DNA of 64,000 nt from a virus: IMG/VR virus record IMGVR_UViG_3300023109_000007, positions 32,001 through 96,000 of that record. One strand, given 5' to 3'. Each line of letters opens with the position of its first letter. Position 1 is the stretch's first letter. A program made the position numbers and the translations under genes. A model generated the notes under the pieces. That model did not search any database and was not told the origin of the DNA. It saw only the letters and a list, made by a program, of their open reading frames with translations. Positions 18,835 through 33,800 of the stretch are shown piece after piece.

Positions 18835-21800
18835 TTATTCAATAAAGTTTATGCTGCCACTACGCAAGAAATTAGCAATATTATTATCACTATTAGCTAG
18901 TGATGTGTCCGGATCATTCCAAACTTTGCCCTGTTTTCTTATTATATGTACCTGTACGTTAGCAGGTGGAATATAATTTCCGTAAATTCCTGTGTCAGGA
19001 TCAGCTATATTTAATGTTAGTATGTTCCCAACTACGCTAAATTCTGGCGGTAATATAATGTCGCCTTCGTTACTATCTAATGCAGTAGCCGGATTGAAAG
19101 ATAATTGAGATGTTTTTCTCAATCTACGTCCTTGATAAAATACTTCAAAAAATTCTACTGCACTAACTTCTAAGTCATGTGCTGCATTATACACTTGTGC
19201 ATTGTTGTCTGGATCAAAGTCTAAATCAATAACTTTAGTTGACCCGTCGGTTGTATGTATTCTTGTAATAGTTTCATCTTTGTATGGTATTGACTTGTTT
19301 GGACCTTGGTCATATACTGAAGTACCGCTTGTAATTGATTCATTTACACTTGTACCCAGTGTTCCTCTGCGCAATTGACGTAAAGTGTTATCTTCTTTAA
19401 CAAGATATTCTATACGTTCTTTATTAATCCAAATTATGCCAGGTATATTTTTGCCTTTGTTTGGTTCGGGTAATGTACTACCGTCAGCTACTTCAATCCT
19501 TAAATCATAATAATTTAAGTTTTGTGTAAGTGTTGTAGTTGCTTGATCGATACGCTTAAAGTGTGTTCTGTTTAGCATGTCCTTAAACTGCCTATATGCA
19601 AATCGCTCTGTAGCAATTGGAGCAGAGAAACTTAATACATCAATAACATCATCTGGATTTAGTTTTTGCTCTATTCTAACTTTTGTTCTGTCATCAGTAA
19701 CATGATAATCTAAACTAGGTATTAGCAATTCTCCGTTTACACTTATCCAAACATATTGTGCATCTATTACAGGTTTGCGTAATAGAATTTCACCTGTTGT
19801 TAGTCTATGATATGTAGAATACTCTTTAGATCCTGCTGTAAGTAAACTTCTAGCAGCAACTTCATAATTTATACGCTCAGAATTTAGTATATCATGGTTA
19901 GTAAATGTAATTAATTCTATACTAACATCATATCCTGGTGTATCTACAAATGTAATAACATTGTTTGTTATTGTGTACTCACCGTCACCTACAATATAAA
20001 CTTCTAGTATATCACCTGGTTTTCCAACTCCAGGTTGTAATTCAATAATACTGTTACTACTATCAAATACCCATTGATTAGGGAAAGTAATTGCTTTGCC
20101 GTTAATAAATGGTTTAACATTGTTTTCAACATTCGAAATACTACCGCCTGGTTTTTGGAATAATTCTAATTGATATTGACGTTGTCTATCTTGTGGAATT
20201 GTAAATTCTGCATTATAACCCGGATTCAATACTTTATTGCCTACTTTTACAAGCATCTTGTATTCTAATGGTGTTTGATATAATGGTGTAGAAGGTAATG
20301 TAAACGATACTGTGCTGCCATCACCTATTAGACTTGATCTTGCCATTTGACTTACATTAATAATAGTGTCATCTGCAAATATTACATAATCAATTAATGC
20401 ACCTGTGCTAGGTTCAGATTCAAAACGTATTACAGTATTGCCGCCAAAGTTTGGAAAACTGTCATCAGCTTCTATTAGAATTATATCTTGCTTTATGCCA
20501 TTTATTGTAACATATGCTGACATACTTTCTTGGTGCTTAACAGCAGTTAAATAATCAGCTGTGTCGCCTGTTGCAACAAAACGTCCTGTATCGAGTACAT
20601 TTTGTTGTCCAGTTCCTACTGCAACAACACTTAATACTTGATTAACTGCTAAGTTTGCACTATCAAGTACTAATTTATTATTTGTCCAATCAATAGTATA
20701 TTCACTTGGGCTTAACAATGTATTATCAAGTTTTACAAGAATAGAATCAACACTTGCTGGAATAATCTTAAGATCAAACTCAGTATCGTTAGCACCCAAC
20801 ACAAATGTTTGTGCATATATCATGCCTTGACCGCCAGTTTCTCTTTCGTATACTTGTATGTCTAAACTATCAATTAACTGTCCTGGAACTAACTCTTCTG
20901 TACCTTTTGATGTTGTTGGGGTAACAAATCCATCACCGTCTATAATAATTTCTTCTGCTGCAATACCTTTTGCAGTTGAATATGCTAAGTCGCCGCCGCT
21001 TAATGCAGTGTCAAAGCTAAGATCATCTGGTTCAAAACTTCCGTCACTAGTTTCTTTTCTTATAATGATACTATCACCATCTTTTACAGTAATACCTAGT
21101 TCATCTAACTCAATTATATCAGTAGTACCATCGCCGATAAGTGTTTCTATCCATGGTCCGTCGTATGTTGTATCTGAACTATCAGGACTAGCACCATCTA
21201 TTCTTGTATATTCTGTTTCGCCAAGAAGTCTTACATAAACATTGTAGTTAGTTGCTGCTTCTAATGGCTGTCCTAGCTTTATACTAATAGTAGATCCATC
21301 AAATATAAACACTTCATCTTCAAATGTATTAATATATGAGTCCCAAGTTGTTGAGTACCAAGAATCACTATCCCATCCACTTGGACCAGTAAATTCAAAA
21401 CTACGTACCTGAACACCACCATAATCAATGCCGTCCATTAATTGGTTAAGTTCTTTACCTAACATTCCTGAAGTAGGATTATAGAAAAAGTTTACTCTAT
21501 CTTGTGCATGTAACATGTCAACACTTTTTTCGTATTCGACAGTTATTACTGCTAAGTTACTAGGTGGTGTAGTGAAGTCAATTACGCCTTGTAATCTTGT
21601 ATACGACTTATCATTATTTTCTTTATTGTAATATGTATATTCACTTCTTAATGCTTCTTCACCATCTACGCTAATTTTAACTTTTGTAGAATTATTTGCA
21701 ATTGGCCATTCTAAGTTATATGATGTCTTGAATCCTGTTCCAGCAAATGTTTCTGCAGTATCAAGATCCATTATATACATACTGCCTGACGTTCTGTCAA

Positions 21801-24800
21801 ACTTAACTTTCATTAATGCAGTTCTAATTAAACTATTACCAATTATTACACTTGCACTAGCTTCAATACCGCCTGATGCTTGCGAACCTTGTATTGTAAT
21901 AGTTGGAGCAGATATATAGCCACTTCCTGGATTAGTAACTTCAATTTTAGTAATTGCGCCACGTCCAAGGTATGCTTGTGCTGTTGCACCAGAACCGCCA
22001 CCACCTTCAATTATTATTTTAGGTGTAAATGTATACTTACTTCCTGGATTAGCAATTTCAATTGATGTAATTTCATATCCAACATTATCAGTAAAGTCCT
22101 TGCGAGGAAATTCATTAAGTTTAGTATTATTAGAAACTACAACATCATCAACTACCTTTATAATTGGAACTGTTATCTTTTTAGAAACAGTATCATAATA
22201 TGCAGGAACATCAAAATCACTAATTTTACTATTTGACTCGTCAATTGCTTCATAGTTACTTACGAATTCTCGTATAGATGTTTTAAATGGTTTTGCTTCT
22301 TTGATATATGCTTCATAACTAGGTAATGTATCGTTATTAAATGTAATATCCTGCTGTAGAACTCCTAAGTTATGTTTTGCCTTTACAAAACTTGTCTTAA
22401 ATGCCCAGTCAACATATAGTTGCTCAGAAAATACATAACGTAAACTTGCAAACCATAAGTTGTTGTATTCAATTTCTAATTCATCAACAAATATATTATC
22501 TCTAATAGTGTTTAGAATAATTCTTAATTCTTGTACAGGCTGATTATCATAGAAATAACTGTCGAAACTTCTTACATCATAACCTAAACTATTGTTTAAT
22601 AAATCATAAAGTGAATTATCAAAGATAATAGTACCGCTTTGTCTACCAATTGTTTCATAATTTATTGTAAAGTCTTCTGTATCTTCGTTTGCAACTTTTC
22701 TAAGTAACAGCCAACCGCCTGTTCCTACAGAACTAATCTTAACAATATCGCCAATTTTGTTTTCCAAGCCGTAAAGTTCATATGTTCCTTGTAGACTATA
22801 ATCAATATCAGTAAATTCATTATATCCGTTAGCATACCAATCTGCGTATGACCAAAATAAAGACGTATCAAATTCTTGTACACGTTTTCTAAACCATTCT
22901 TTAGAAGAATTATCCCAATCATATATTGACCACTTACCATATACAGTCGAATCTGTAATTACAAGTACTGATAATTTTCTAACAAGTAATCGTGTTGCAT
23001 TAGTGTAATTTTCACCTTGATTAATAACTTCTACACTAGTAACTTGACCTAAATTATTGATAAACGTTTGTATTTCTGCACCAGTACCTTGTCCTACTAT
23101 CTCTACTGTAGGACCTTTTCTAATAGTATCAGTCTCAGGATTAAAGTTAATATCTTTATATCCTCTTCCTGGCTCTGTAATTTCAACTGATCTAATTGCA
23201 CCGTTTGAAATAACTGGTGTAAGCTGTGCTTGTACAATTTTACTTGTACCTATAAACCGCAATTCTTCAACTGTGTCAATTTCAAAGTCATATAAATTTG
23301 TAAATTTGCTTGGTATTGACTGTGAAGATGTTAATGGCGATAAATCAAAATCATCAACAATTAGTTTTTCTGCTAATACTAAGTTTACTCTTTCAATAAC
23401 TTGCTTTAGTGCTTCAGTTTTGTTTACAAACATACCTTGACGGGGACTAAATCTGTTACCATACTTTAATTTAACTGGTAAATTAGGATCAGGTACTTGA
23501 CGCATTTGAGCATCATAACCAACTAAGCTATCAAACCACTTTTGTTCAATTTCTGGATTTAGTTTGCTTGTTTCTAAACCGTCACTCATAATTTGATACT
23601 GTGTATGAACGTTTTGCTCTCTATCATTATTAGCAAGCCATCTAACATTTAGTACAATATCTTTATCATTTAATAAACTGTCACAGTTATGAACAATAAA
23701 TCTGTCTTGTGCTAATAGTGCTACATGCTTATAACCATTTCCTGCAGGATTTTGTATTAAATTTCCTATATCTAGGACTGATAGCTTTCTATTCGTTGAA
23801 TTTTTCGGAACATCTGTTTTACGTGTTACCCAAAAGTAGAACTTACTACCAAAAGTCTGTGTTGCCGAATCATAATTAACAACTTGTGTATACTGTGCAT
23901 CTGAATAAACTGTTTGGCCTGTTATGCCTGCTTGATATCCAATCTCAGTTTCACTTAATTCGTCCCACTTAGCTGGTGAATAATCACTTTCTACCCATTC
24001 GTGTACTGAAACTACGTAGTCTGGCATCAATTTATTGAAGTTGTTTTTTTGGAATGTTATATCACCTTGGTAAGCATTTATAAATTTACTTAAACTAATA
24101 TCATACCATACACTACCAACATAGTTTGCGCCCCATGGATCACCTTCATCAAACATTCCTTCAAGTGGAGTAACATTATAACGTGCCGGATCATAAGGTA
24201 CTTTGTAATCAATTTCTTGTTCGGCAGGACCGGGCAGTTTGCCCTGTATAATGTCAACATAATCTAAATCTAGTACCTTTTGATTAGTACGTTTGTTGTA
24301 TAGGAACATTCCTTCTATTAATTTGATATCAACTGTATCTACTGGACTACGTATTATGTTCCAAGCCGACTTGTTAAATGGTTTTCTATAGTCAATTATT
24401 TCGCCTTGGTAAGTATCTTTCTCTATTCTTGGCATACCAACATATGTATGATTGTCATTTATAACAAGTACTTCGCCAAATGTTTGTGTTTCGCCTGTGT
24501 AGTTGAATCTTTCTGCAAATACAAAACTATCATTTAAGTTTTCAAATACATATACAACTCCGCTATTAACCAATACGTTATTAAACGTTGTAAATCCTGA
24601 ATCATATGTAGTTGTTGGTTCAGTATTACCTACTATCGTTCCATCAAATGTAGTTGGCGATGTAATGTCACCATTTTTGCTTGTAATTACAATTTCATTT
24701 TTAGAAAAGTCAATGTTAAATCCAAATAATTCTGACTGTTCGTTATTTGGACTTATCAGTGTTTGAGAAAGTTCAAACACACCTGCTGCATTTTCTTTGT

Positions 24801-27800
24801 ATACTAGTACTCGACCTTGATCAATATTAATACTATCATTATACGGTTCGCTTACTGCAAAGAATTTACCGTCATCACTAACTGCAATATCATGATATAT
24901 ACCGTCTTTGGTTAATGTATCTTCAAGCATTTGCTTAAACATATATTTTGTACCGTCTAATTTATAAATGCCAATTGTAGCAATAGTATCATCAACTGTA
25001 AAGTTAGTAATATAGATTCCTTCAGCATACTCGTCAAGTGCTAAGTATTCCCAAGTACTATCAGCTGTATCAGCTGCTAGAGTTGCATCACGCACAGTTT
25101 CATCATCAAACAATGTTGAACTGATTCTAAATGTTGTGTCGCTTAGAATACTATGAACATAATATGTTTGGTTTTCAGCTAGTGGGGACTGGGCAGCAGC
25201 ATTGGATGAATCAAGTTCATTTGGTATTCTAACTCTAACTGGCATACCAATATAAAGCCATGCTGTTGAATCAATTGTAATAGTATCAGCATCAGTATCA
25301 ATTGACTCTACTTTAGCTTCAACTGAATGTTCATTTAATACTACTAATAGTTTTCCGTCTTTGCTTAGATCAAAACTCTTTGCAAATTGTGTCAACGGCC
25401 ATTTAGATTCAAATAACATTTGTGATTCGTATAATGTGTTATTAGTTTCTGTTGGTAAGTAACCTAAATAATCTTCGCCACCTGTAACTATTTCCCAATC
25501 GTTAGTGCTAAATGGCTGTGTGCCATCTACTTTAGTTTTTGCTTTATAAAGTTTTAGTGTACTATCGTCATCTGGATCAGCATATTTTACAAGTTCTCCT
25601 GGTGCATAATCTAGTACAGGATCGTTTTGGAATAATCCTCTATAATCATCGTCCTTGCCGTATCTCCAACTTATTCTATTCCAGTAAGTAGTATTTCCTA
25701 TGTCAATTACAGGTTCAAGTTGAGGTACATCTCTTTTTGCTTCATAAAACTCTCCTTGATACTCAACTATTACACCTTGTTCAAATGTATTAAGGGGTCC
25801 CCATTCGCCAAAATAGTTATCGGCTTTGTCAACAGGTACTCCGTGTTTAATAATTTCAAGTTGTCCGGTTCCTGATGTACTAGAAACAAGCAATGTATAA
25901 TCTAAGCCTGATTGTACTAGTTTAAGTTTTGTACCGTACCCTCTATTATCACTAGCTCTTTCACTAACAAAACTATCTACGTATCTAAATCCTGAAGTGC
26001 CATTAAATTTAAAGATACTTATTGTACCTTCATTAACATTCTGTACTTGACCAAATTCGTCAACTGGTATACTATAAACTTGTGTATAATCTCTATTAAA
26101 TGCATCTGGGTAGTTTGCAGGAACTTGTGCTCCTTGTTGAGCTACTGCATCATAGAACCAATATTCTTCGTCTACAATTTTGCTGTACTGCCAACTTGGA
26201 TCTTCAGCAACTGGTGGTAATGATACTAATGGTAAATTACCGTCAGTATTTTCAAAGACCATTAATCCGCCAATTTCATTACCACCCATAGCAACATCTT
26301 GAAGCACACTATCAATTTTGCCCATTACTCTTCCAGGCTGTCCTGGGAATAACGTAGCATCAGGTTCTCTACGAATTTCATATCTACCAATATTGTTTAA
26401 CTGTGACCAGTCGCCTGATATATTTTTAAGATAAACTCTTACTTTGTTAAAGTCTCTTTGATAAAATACAACTTCAGCTCGGCTTGTAGTTCTAGTACTT
26501 AAACTTAGTCCGCCAAAACCATCAAACGGTGTTTGTACATCTGTAACAATCGAGCCAACTAACGGTTCATATGGTAAATCATTTTGGAATTCTGTAAATT
26601 CAAAATCAATAAATCCATCCCAAATATCTGTTATTGTATGTTTTTTATTTAATTGTTCAAAAGTAAAGCCTGCAGAAGCAACATCAATAACATAGTTGTC
26701 AAGGTCATATAATTGTAATCTAACTTTAACATTGTTTCCTGTATCAGGATCTATTAATATATTTCCATTTATATCAGTAATTTTATTTTGATACTCGCTA
26801 CTCATTCTTACTACAAATTTATCTGTAGCAAATGTAGTAGGAGTAGCTAAGTTTCCATTGTCACCTAAATATGTAAGGTTAATAATTTGTCCAGCTTGCT
26901 GCTGTTGACCTGTATAACTTCCTATACTACTAATTAAATTTTGTAAGTTAAAGTATTCAAAAATATTTCTATTATCACTTTGTCGCTTAACATCATTATA
27001 TATTAAACCTGTACCAATTTCAATCCATGTAGAACCATTTTCATAAACTTTACTTACTGTTTTTTCAGCATCCGAATAAACATTAACTAACCAAAAGCCA
27101 GATAGTCCGTCAATTACATTATCTGCAAGTATATTATATGTTCCCATTATGTCAGCATCATTTACATATAAATCACCAAATGCATCAAACACACCGTTGA
27201 CATTAGTTAGGTACATTACAACACTATCGTCTTGTGTTTCGATGTAATAAACTTCGCCGCTACCTGTTGGAGTAGTAACTGAATTTCCTATCTGTGGTAA
27301 TATTGTAAACGTATCAACATATATTACTAAGTCAACTTTTTGTACAATAGTATGAGTATCACTAATATCTTCATATGTAAGTGTTCCGCTATCGCCGTCC
27401 CAAGGTAATGTTAAATCTAAAGTAGGGTTACTTCTAGAAAATCTGTTCCAAGTAAGGCTTACACTGTCGCCCGGCTCTGTTGCAAGATATGCTGTCTTCG
27501 GAGCTCTAATTAAGAAGTGATCAGTTGGTTTATCAATAAGACCAGGATTACCAGTAAGTAGTAAACTGATTAAACTACTATCAGCATCATCTTGACTTGC
27601 AATATCTGTATAACTGTTAAATGTATTAAATTCAACACTAGGTTGCTGAGGTATAATAGTTCTATTAGCTTTGTATAAGCCTTCTCTAAACGAAATTACA
27701 TCATTTTTATTATATTCTTGTGTCGGTACAAAATCACCTTGAAATCTTGTTCTTATTTCTGCTGCGTCTGGAGTACCTACTGCTAAGAAATTGCCGTCTG

Positions 27801-30800
27801 GTGAAATTGCTATATCACTACCAAAGTTAATATCACGCTGTGTTATAACAAAACTATCAAAAATACCATTATTACCTAATGATGTTTCAATTGTTCCGTT
27901 GACTGAAATCAAGTTAGCACCTTCTACATTTAGCTGTCCTCGGACATTTTCTAAATAAACTGTGTTACCAGATGTTGTTTGTGATATAGTAGCTGTGCAA
28001 TTTCCTTGTTTAAATTTGTGTCCTGCAACTACATTTACTGACTGTGATAATGTAAGCACTGCATCGTTAACTCTAATATTATCTGGTGGTAAAATAGTCT
28101 GTGTTAATACTAAGTTATTAGTTTCTACTGATCTTCTATAGTAATGAACTTTGCCATCGTTGTCATCAGATGCAGATACCATTAAGTTTCTATTGTCGTC
28201 ACTAACTGAAAGAGCTACACCGTATTTTTGAAAGTTATCTGTAGAAGTTGCAGGATTAAAAATAACCTGTTGTTCTACATAATTCTCAGTATTTTGAATT
28301 ACACTCCAACTCTTATCTAATTTGTCAATCCAAACTTTTTGGTTTTCATCTTTATAACTTTCGATAAGAGTATTCAACTCATTTATATCTTTTACTCGTA
28401 CACTTCTAAATCTAGCAACCAGATAGTTTACATTTTCTATTGCTGATACTACAACTCCGTCTGGTAATTGTAGCACCATTGTGTCTACACTTACTTCTGA
28501 AACATACAAAAAGTTTAGAAGATTTGATGATGCTGCGCCATATATACCAACTACATCACCTTTCTTTATATCGCCGCCTACAAATTTTGTAGTATTAACT
28601 CTAACAAAAGGAGTTGTAGATCCAGTAATTTCGTCAGCACCTTCGTCTTCTGGTGTTATGCTAGTAATGTTGTAAGGTGTATCAACTAACTGGTACACAT
28701 TCCAATCATAATCAAAACTAATATTATCATCAGTTACCCAAACATAATCGCCAACAGTAATTTGCGGAGTTTGAATTTTAAGTAGATCATCTTTAATTCT
28801 AACTCTAAACTTTATATCTTCAGTTCTAACATAACCAGCTGACTGAATATATTCTTTTACATCATCAATTTTAGGAAATACTTTTGATTGATATTCAGAA
28901 TCTCTTGAATATACTTCGTATGGCTGTATTTCAATTGCTGTATCGCTTCTTGTAGGATTCTTAATATCTACTAGTTCAATTGGCTGAGGAGTAATTCTAA
29001 ATTTAGATTCGTCTAAAATAAAGTCTACATCTTTATACTTAGAAGTAGCACCGTATTGTCCTAATTGTACAGCCCATTCTTCAAAGAACTCTAAACTATC
29101 TTTTTCAGCATAATTTAAAGCATCAAATAATTTGCTAAGTGCATTAACAGTACCTTTGTCCTGTATCATACCTTGATAAAATTTATATTGACTTACGTCA
29201 TCATTTATAATATTAGCAAGATAATTTCTTGGTTGATAACCTATAAGATGTTGTGCAAGTTTTTGTTGCTCAATATCAAAGTTATCACTATCGAGATCAT
29301 AAAAGTCTGCAAATTGATTAATTTTATAATCAAAGTTTACCATTAATTGGGACTCAGGCTTTTCTGCAAGTTTTTGCCAACTAGATGTTTGGAACAACTC
29401 ACTTCCTGGAATGTTTACTAATGCTACATAATAAAACTCTTTATACTTTACAACATCGCCAATTACGTAATCTTTGTAACTATCCCATACAGTGATATTT
29501 GTGTCATCGTAAATAAACCCTGGAACATCCATTCCGCCAGCCCATTCGTCACTTCTGTATCCTATAACTTTAATACGTTCTTGCCTATAACCAGTTGCTG
29601 GATGGAAGATTGTATCTCCAAACTGTGTTGTATTATCTAGCAAACATACATGCTCTTTTTGTACTAACGGTAGTTGTGCTTGATATATGCCTTGTTCGGT
29701 ATTCTTAAGAACCATTCCAAAACTATTTTGTTGTCTAATAGTATGGTCAAAATCTTTATTAATTTGGCGAGCATCTGCATCTAATATACTATAAGGATAA
29801 AAGTTATCAAATATATTATCAACTACTGCATAATCTTTCTTAAACTGTAATACATTTGCTGCTGGACTTAAACTGATTGCTGTGCCTGCTGCCCAGTTTT
29901 GTGTTGTCCAGAATAAAAATTCTTTACATGAGTATGTCCAGTCATCAACATCGTCTGTATTAGCATTAAAGGTATCAAAAACAAAACCTTGATCTTGTAA
30001 GTATTTTCCGTATCCTAGAAGAAAATCTACAACATCTTGACTTGTTCTAAGTTGTGTTCCGTAATTTAATTTTTTTATTTTTTTACTAAATGTTTTTCTA
30101 ATAATTGCACGTTTGCCGCCTTCAACTGGAACTTCCGGTATTGAAACTAAATTATCAGTTGTAAATACTGTTGTACTTTCAAATCCTGTTGTTACTCTAT
30201 AATAACGGCCTGCATTTTCTATAACAGCACCTTCTGTAAATCTTCTATTAGGTGTCCAAGATTCAAAAGTTTCACTAATGCCGCCGATAATAATTGTTCT
30301 ATCTACTGTAGACTCAATATAAGGGTAATATGAAAAGTAAGGAGTATCAAATGCATATCCTCTTACAATAAATCCGCCGGATTGTTTTTCAATTGTTACA
30401 CCACTATATATTTGGTTTTCTAAAGGTGAACTTGTATTAAATATTATTTGGTAATTTTCTTCTGGAACAAAAACATTACCTTGATTATATGGTGTTCGTG
30501 AATCTAATATTAACTTAAATTTAGACTTATCAGTAAATCCGCCGATCTTAAATCCAAGTTGATTTGTTAGTGTTGTTAATTCATCTTTATATTCTTGGTA
30601 TATTGAACTTACGTTAGCACTTATATAACTGTATAGATAATTAATTAATCCGCTTGTTATAACTCTTTCAGTACCATTATAAGAGTTAGGAAATTGTATG
30701 TCTGCTAATGTAATAAATTTACCTGTAGTAGAATAAACATGTTGTCCTGCAAGGTTTGGAGTAATTCTAGAAAGATCAAAACATCTACCAAACAGCTCGT

Positions 30801-33800
30801 TAGGTTTATTTAGAACTAATCCAGATATAATAGCAAACGGATATTCACTACTACGTCTCCAAGCATTTTCAACAGGCGATACATCACCAAATTTAAACTT
30901 GTTTCTTGTATTTCTTGAAACATAATTTTTTGCAAAGTTTGCTTTCAAGGGTGAAACTATTTTACCATCAGAACCAACTGGGATATGCTTTAATAAATTA
31001 GGACGAGCATATCTTACATCGCGCCTAGTATTAGCAGGGTCTTTAATTAGTCCTTCTGAAATGTCTTCCCAAAGAATTAAGTTATCTCCTGTATACGGAG
31101 CCTTGCCATATGTATCTTCCCACCAAGTAGGTTTCACTGTAATACCAAGCATTTCCCAAGGATGTGTATGCGGACGATCAGTGTCGTATGCTTTTCTATA
31201 TACGCCGCGCCAAAAACCTGGAAGTTCTTCACCATTAGGAGCATTCATATAAGAGTAATTAAACGTTAATTGATTACCTCTATCGTAGAAAGAGTTATCT
31301 GTATAATCTGCATCGACTAACTGTTGCCATTCAACAAAACTGCTTAGTAATGAACCATTAAAGTCATCATACTTAATACCAGTGCTTCTATAATATCCAG
31401 GAATATAGTCGTGTATATTAAATATTTCTTGATTGTACTCAAACTTAATATTATTAAAGATTCTTTTTTCAAGTTCTAATAACAAGTTATCTCTATAATC
31501 ATCAAATGCAATAACTATAGATCCGTCATGTCCTTGTATAACTTTAGTTTCTTCTTGATAAGTGTCGTCTACAAAAATAGCTGGTTCATATTTTGGATAT
31601 AATCCTAACTTAGTAGGTGTTGCTGGAATAAAGGATCCGTCAGTTGATTCCCATTCAACTATTTCAATCTCATCGCCAACATTTTGTTCTGCTATGATTA
31701 GTACAAACCCTTCAGTACTAAAGCTATAGTCAATGCCATTAGTTAGTAATGAACCATTTAAGTATACTTGTACAGATTTACTAGACAAAGCTGAAGCATC
31801 AAATGCTGATGTTAATTGATAAAAAGGATTTCTTGAATCAAGTACAGAGTTTCTAATAACATTGTTTGCTCCAGTAGGAACCATATCACTAAAGTAATAC
31901 GGCATATTAGGAGTTTTATCTTTGTTTAATTCTTTTAATATTAAGTCAACATGTGTCCTTATTGGACCATCGTAACCTAATGTTTCTGCTGTTTGTAGAA
32001 ATACTCTTTTGAATTTTGCATAATCATTTTTTGATTGCTTTAAAGATTTTACAATGTTAAAGTTTTTATTAGTTATATGATATCCTGCTAGATTCATAGG
32101 AGCAGTATGCTTTACAAATCTTTTACCGTATCTATTAACATTTTTTATATCACGTAAATTGCTCGGACCTGGATATATGCCTGAAAACGCATTTATATCT
32201 TCTACCATAGAATCTACATGATCAATAACTTCGCCTAATGTAAACTGAGTTATATCATCGTTGCTTGGGTTTCTTTCTAAATTAATCGGAAAATCGTAAT
32301 GTCCGTTTTCATTTTTATCAGCTGTTGTTTTTACCCTTAATTCTAACACATCGTTTTCTAGTAAGTCTGTTAGAAAACGTACAAATACTCGGCCATTAAT
32401 TCTGTCTAATTCATAATCTAAAAAATTACTCTTTAATTGTTTGTTAACATAAACTGCAACACGCAAGTCAGTAACATTTACTGCATTATCTACAACGTCT
32501 ACTTCAAAGTTATTCTGTTGATCTATTGTAGATACATATTGTCTAATAATTTTCTGTACCATTTTAGTAGGAGTTGATTCCCAACTATTTTGGTAACTAT
32601 ATTCTTTATTATTATTATATTTTTTGAGGAATGCTGTATCAGTCTTTACAGTATAAAAGCCAGCAGCATCTTGATAAACAAATGTATCAGTAAGAAGATT
32701 AAAGTTAAATAATATATCTCCTGAATTTTCAATTGATTGATATTCTAATGGAAATCCTAGCTCACTATCTGCTGTTCCTTCACCTTGTGCATAACTGAAT
32801 AATTTAGTACCTGCAAAATTACTTGCTTCATATGTTGTAGTATCTGAATAACTTACTTCGTTTGCATCAAACAAATCAAACGTTGGATTTATGTTTACTC
32901 CGGCTTTTGCTTGTGATGCTTTCCATTGCAAATTGTCATAGTAAAATAAACTACCTGCAAATTCAACACCTTGTGTAATAAGCACTGTCTGTAAATCTTG
33001 AGGTATAGCGTCAGCTGTTTCGATTAAAGTTATTTGGCGTCTATTATTAGTTGTTATAAACTTTACTTCATAAATTTTTCCGTTAACAAGTATATCAGTA
33101 TCGGCTGCAAATAGTACACGCATGCCTTCTGCTAATGCAACACCATCAACACTATAACCTAATGATCCTTCAATTATTGAAAATACATCTGTTGTATAGT
33201 TGTCAATTAAGTCAATATCTTTTTTAGCAAATACTCCGCTATTGTGTAACTTTAATCCTGGTTCAAATTCAATAATAGGTCTTTTTGCTCTAGCACTTTG
33301 ATCTATATTACTTGGTTGATTATTTCTTAATGCTGCATAATCAATAACATCTTTGTGGAACCATCTATTGTATCTTGCCCAAGGATTTTTATCAGGAGCA
33401 GCTCTGTTTATAATAATGTAATCTTTAGTACCTGCATAACTGCTTTGGTTTGCAAAAGGTAATCTATCAAATCCTTCGCTATCAAACAAGACAGCTTTTT
33501 CGGAAGCATAAGCAGCAGGAATAATTAAGTCTTTATCTCTAACTAATGTTATTTGGCTTCCGACTCCTTCAACATAATATGTTCCTTCACTATATGTATT
33601 TGGAGTAACTTTTCCTAAGAATTCAACTTTAAGACCATTTGTAAATTTAACACCATTAGAACTTGTGTATTCTTTTTTGCCAATAATTTCTGCATCTATA
33701 TTAATTGCTGTATTTTCTTCAATATCAAAAATTCTTACTTGGCCGCTAGTATTCAAATCATTCTTACTAATATAGAATAAGAAGTCAGGAGCATTTAACG